Source: Callorhinchus milii (lineage: Eukaryota). Taken from it: 64,000 nucleotides of DNA. Where the stretch lies: contig NW_024704755.1 of the NCBI RefSeq assembly GCF_018977255.1, forward strand, positions 15,872,001-15,936,000, given 5' to 3'. Within the stretch, counting starts at the first letter, position 1. Each line of letters begins with the position of its first letter. The position numbers and the translations under genes are program-made. The notes beneath the pieces are model-generated. The model was not told the DNA's origin. It saw only the letters and a program-made list of their open reading frames with translations, and did no database searches. Shown piece by piece: positions 62,993 to 64,000 of this stretch.

Positions 62993-64000
62993 CTAATGTA
63001 TAAATAAATATAATGATAAAATATGAGGATAAAATATAATCACCAGAGCTTTTTCATAATGCTCTGGGGATTATGCCCTGTTGCCAAATTGAGGATCAAT
63101 TGTAGAGTCCTGTAATGTATTGGTTAGAGCACTCGCCTCGCCTAGTGAGAGGACCTGGGTTTGATTCCCGGCTGGGTCAAAATGTTAAGAAAGTTTCCTT
63201 ACACAAGCCTCTGTTTACTTAGCAATAAGTAGGACACAGGTTGTTAGTCAATTGGCAGATTGCTTTCCAGGGGTAACCACACTGAGACGCTACCCTGCCT
63301 GAAGGGCGCTATATAAGTACAAGTTGTCGTTGTTAATAACCCCTTAAAAAAAATTCACACAAAAAATATAATTTGGTCACTCAATCCACGACAGTTTGTG
63401 GGACATTGCTTTGCACAATTGTCTGCTGCATTTCGCCCAGAAAATATACAGTCAATTCACTGGAATAACCAGTAAAGTAGTCAAGGGAGGCAAACCATTT
63501 TTCCTTCATGATCCTTATCATCAAGCTCATATCCTGAAGCTCTGAAAAGTTTCTGTCTAACACCTCACCCCAAAAAAGACAAATGAAGCCAAATATTTCA
63601 CCAATACCACTTTTAAACATTAAAATATCGAATAATAATCCTTGAATTTAATATAGCATATTTTCACACCATCGAGACATCTCAAGGCGCTTGCCAATGT
63701 TTCTTTCAGCCCTGGCTAAGATCAGCTGAGTCAACGCATAGCGAGCAAGGGGAATGCTCTGGCTCTGCATGGCTTATTTCCATAAAATTACTAAACACAG
63801 CAAAGTGCAGTGATCGTGTGATTGTAGGCAAACTCGGCGGTTAAATGCACATAACAATGTCCCACAAACAGTCGTGGACTGAGTCATAAAACATTATTTT
63901 AAAAAAAGATTATTATCCCCCGGAAAGCTATCCGCCAATCAACTAACAACCAGGTTACACTTACTGCTACAGCCATGAAGTGAATGACCAATTTTATTTG

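Overview
Eukaryotic vertebrate genomic DNA, most likely from a cartilaginous fish. That is an inference from the repeat content (DeuSINE/SacSINE1-like SINEs, L2, CR1, Penelope) and the gene content. Left half: a tandem cluster of three non-rearranging Ig-superfamily receptor genes on the + strand, which I assembled by hand from GT-AG exons with consistent phases. Each is leader - compact V domain with a germline J-like G strand - C1-set domain - transmembrane segment (TM). Gene A (4119-12094, 397 aa) has an uncharged TM and a tail built from three duplicated ITIM+ITSM exons (inhibitory type). Gene B (21485-24145, 280 aa) has an uncharged TM and a short Tyr-free tail. Gene C (27839-31904, 264 aa) has an Arg in the TM and an 8-aa tail (activating type). 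Together they look like a paired-receptor system resembling SIRP alpha/gamma/beta or NCR3, and this is the most interesting feature of the window. Right half: a complete 6-exon rho-class glutathione S-transferase (minus strand, 226 aa) and the last six exons of EXOC3L1 (minus strand; the 5' end is outside the window). The rest is dense in retroelements, with four assembly gaps between 46.1 and 49.1 kb. Gene models come from sequence only, with no transcript data or database searches. Repeat boundaries are approximate.
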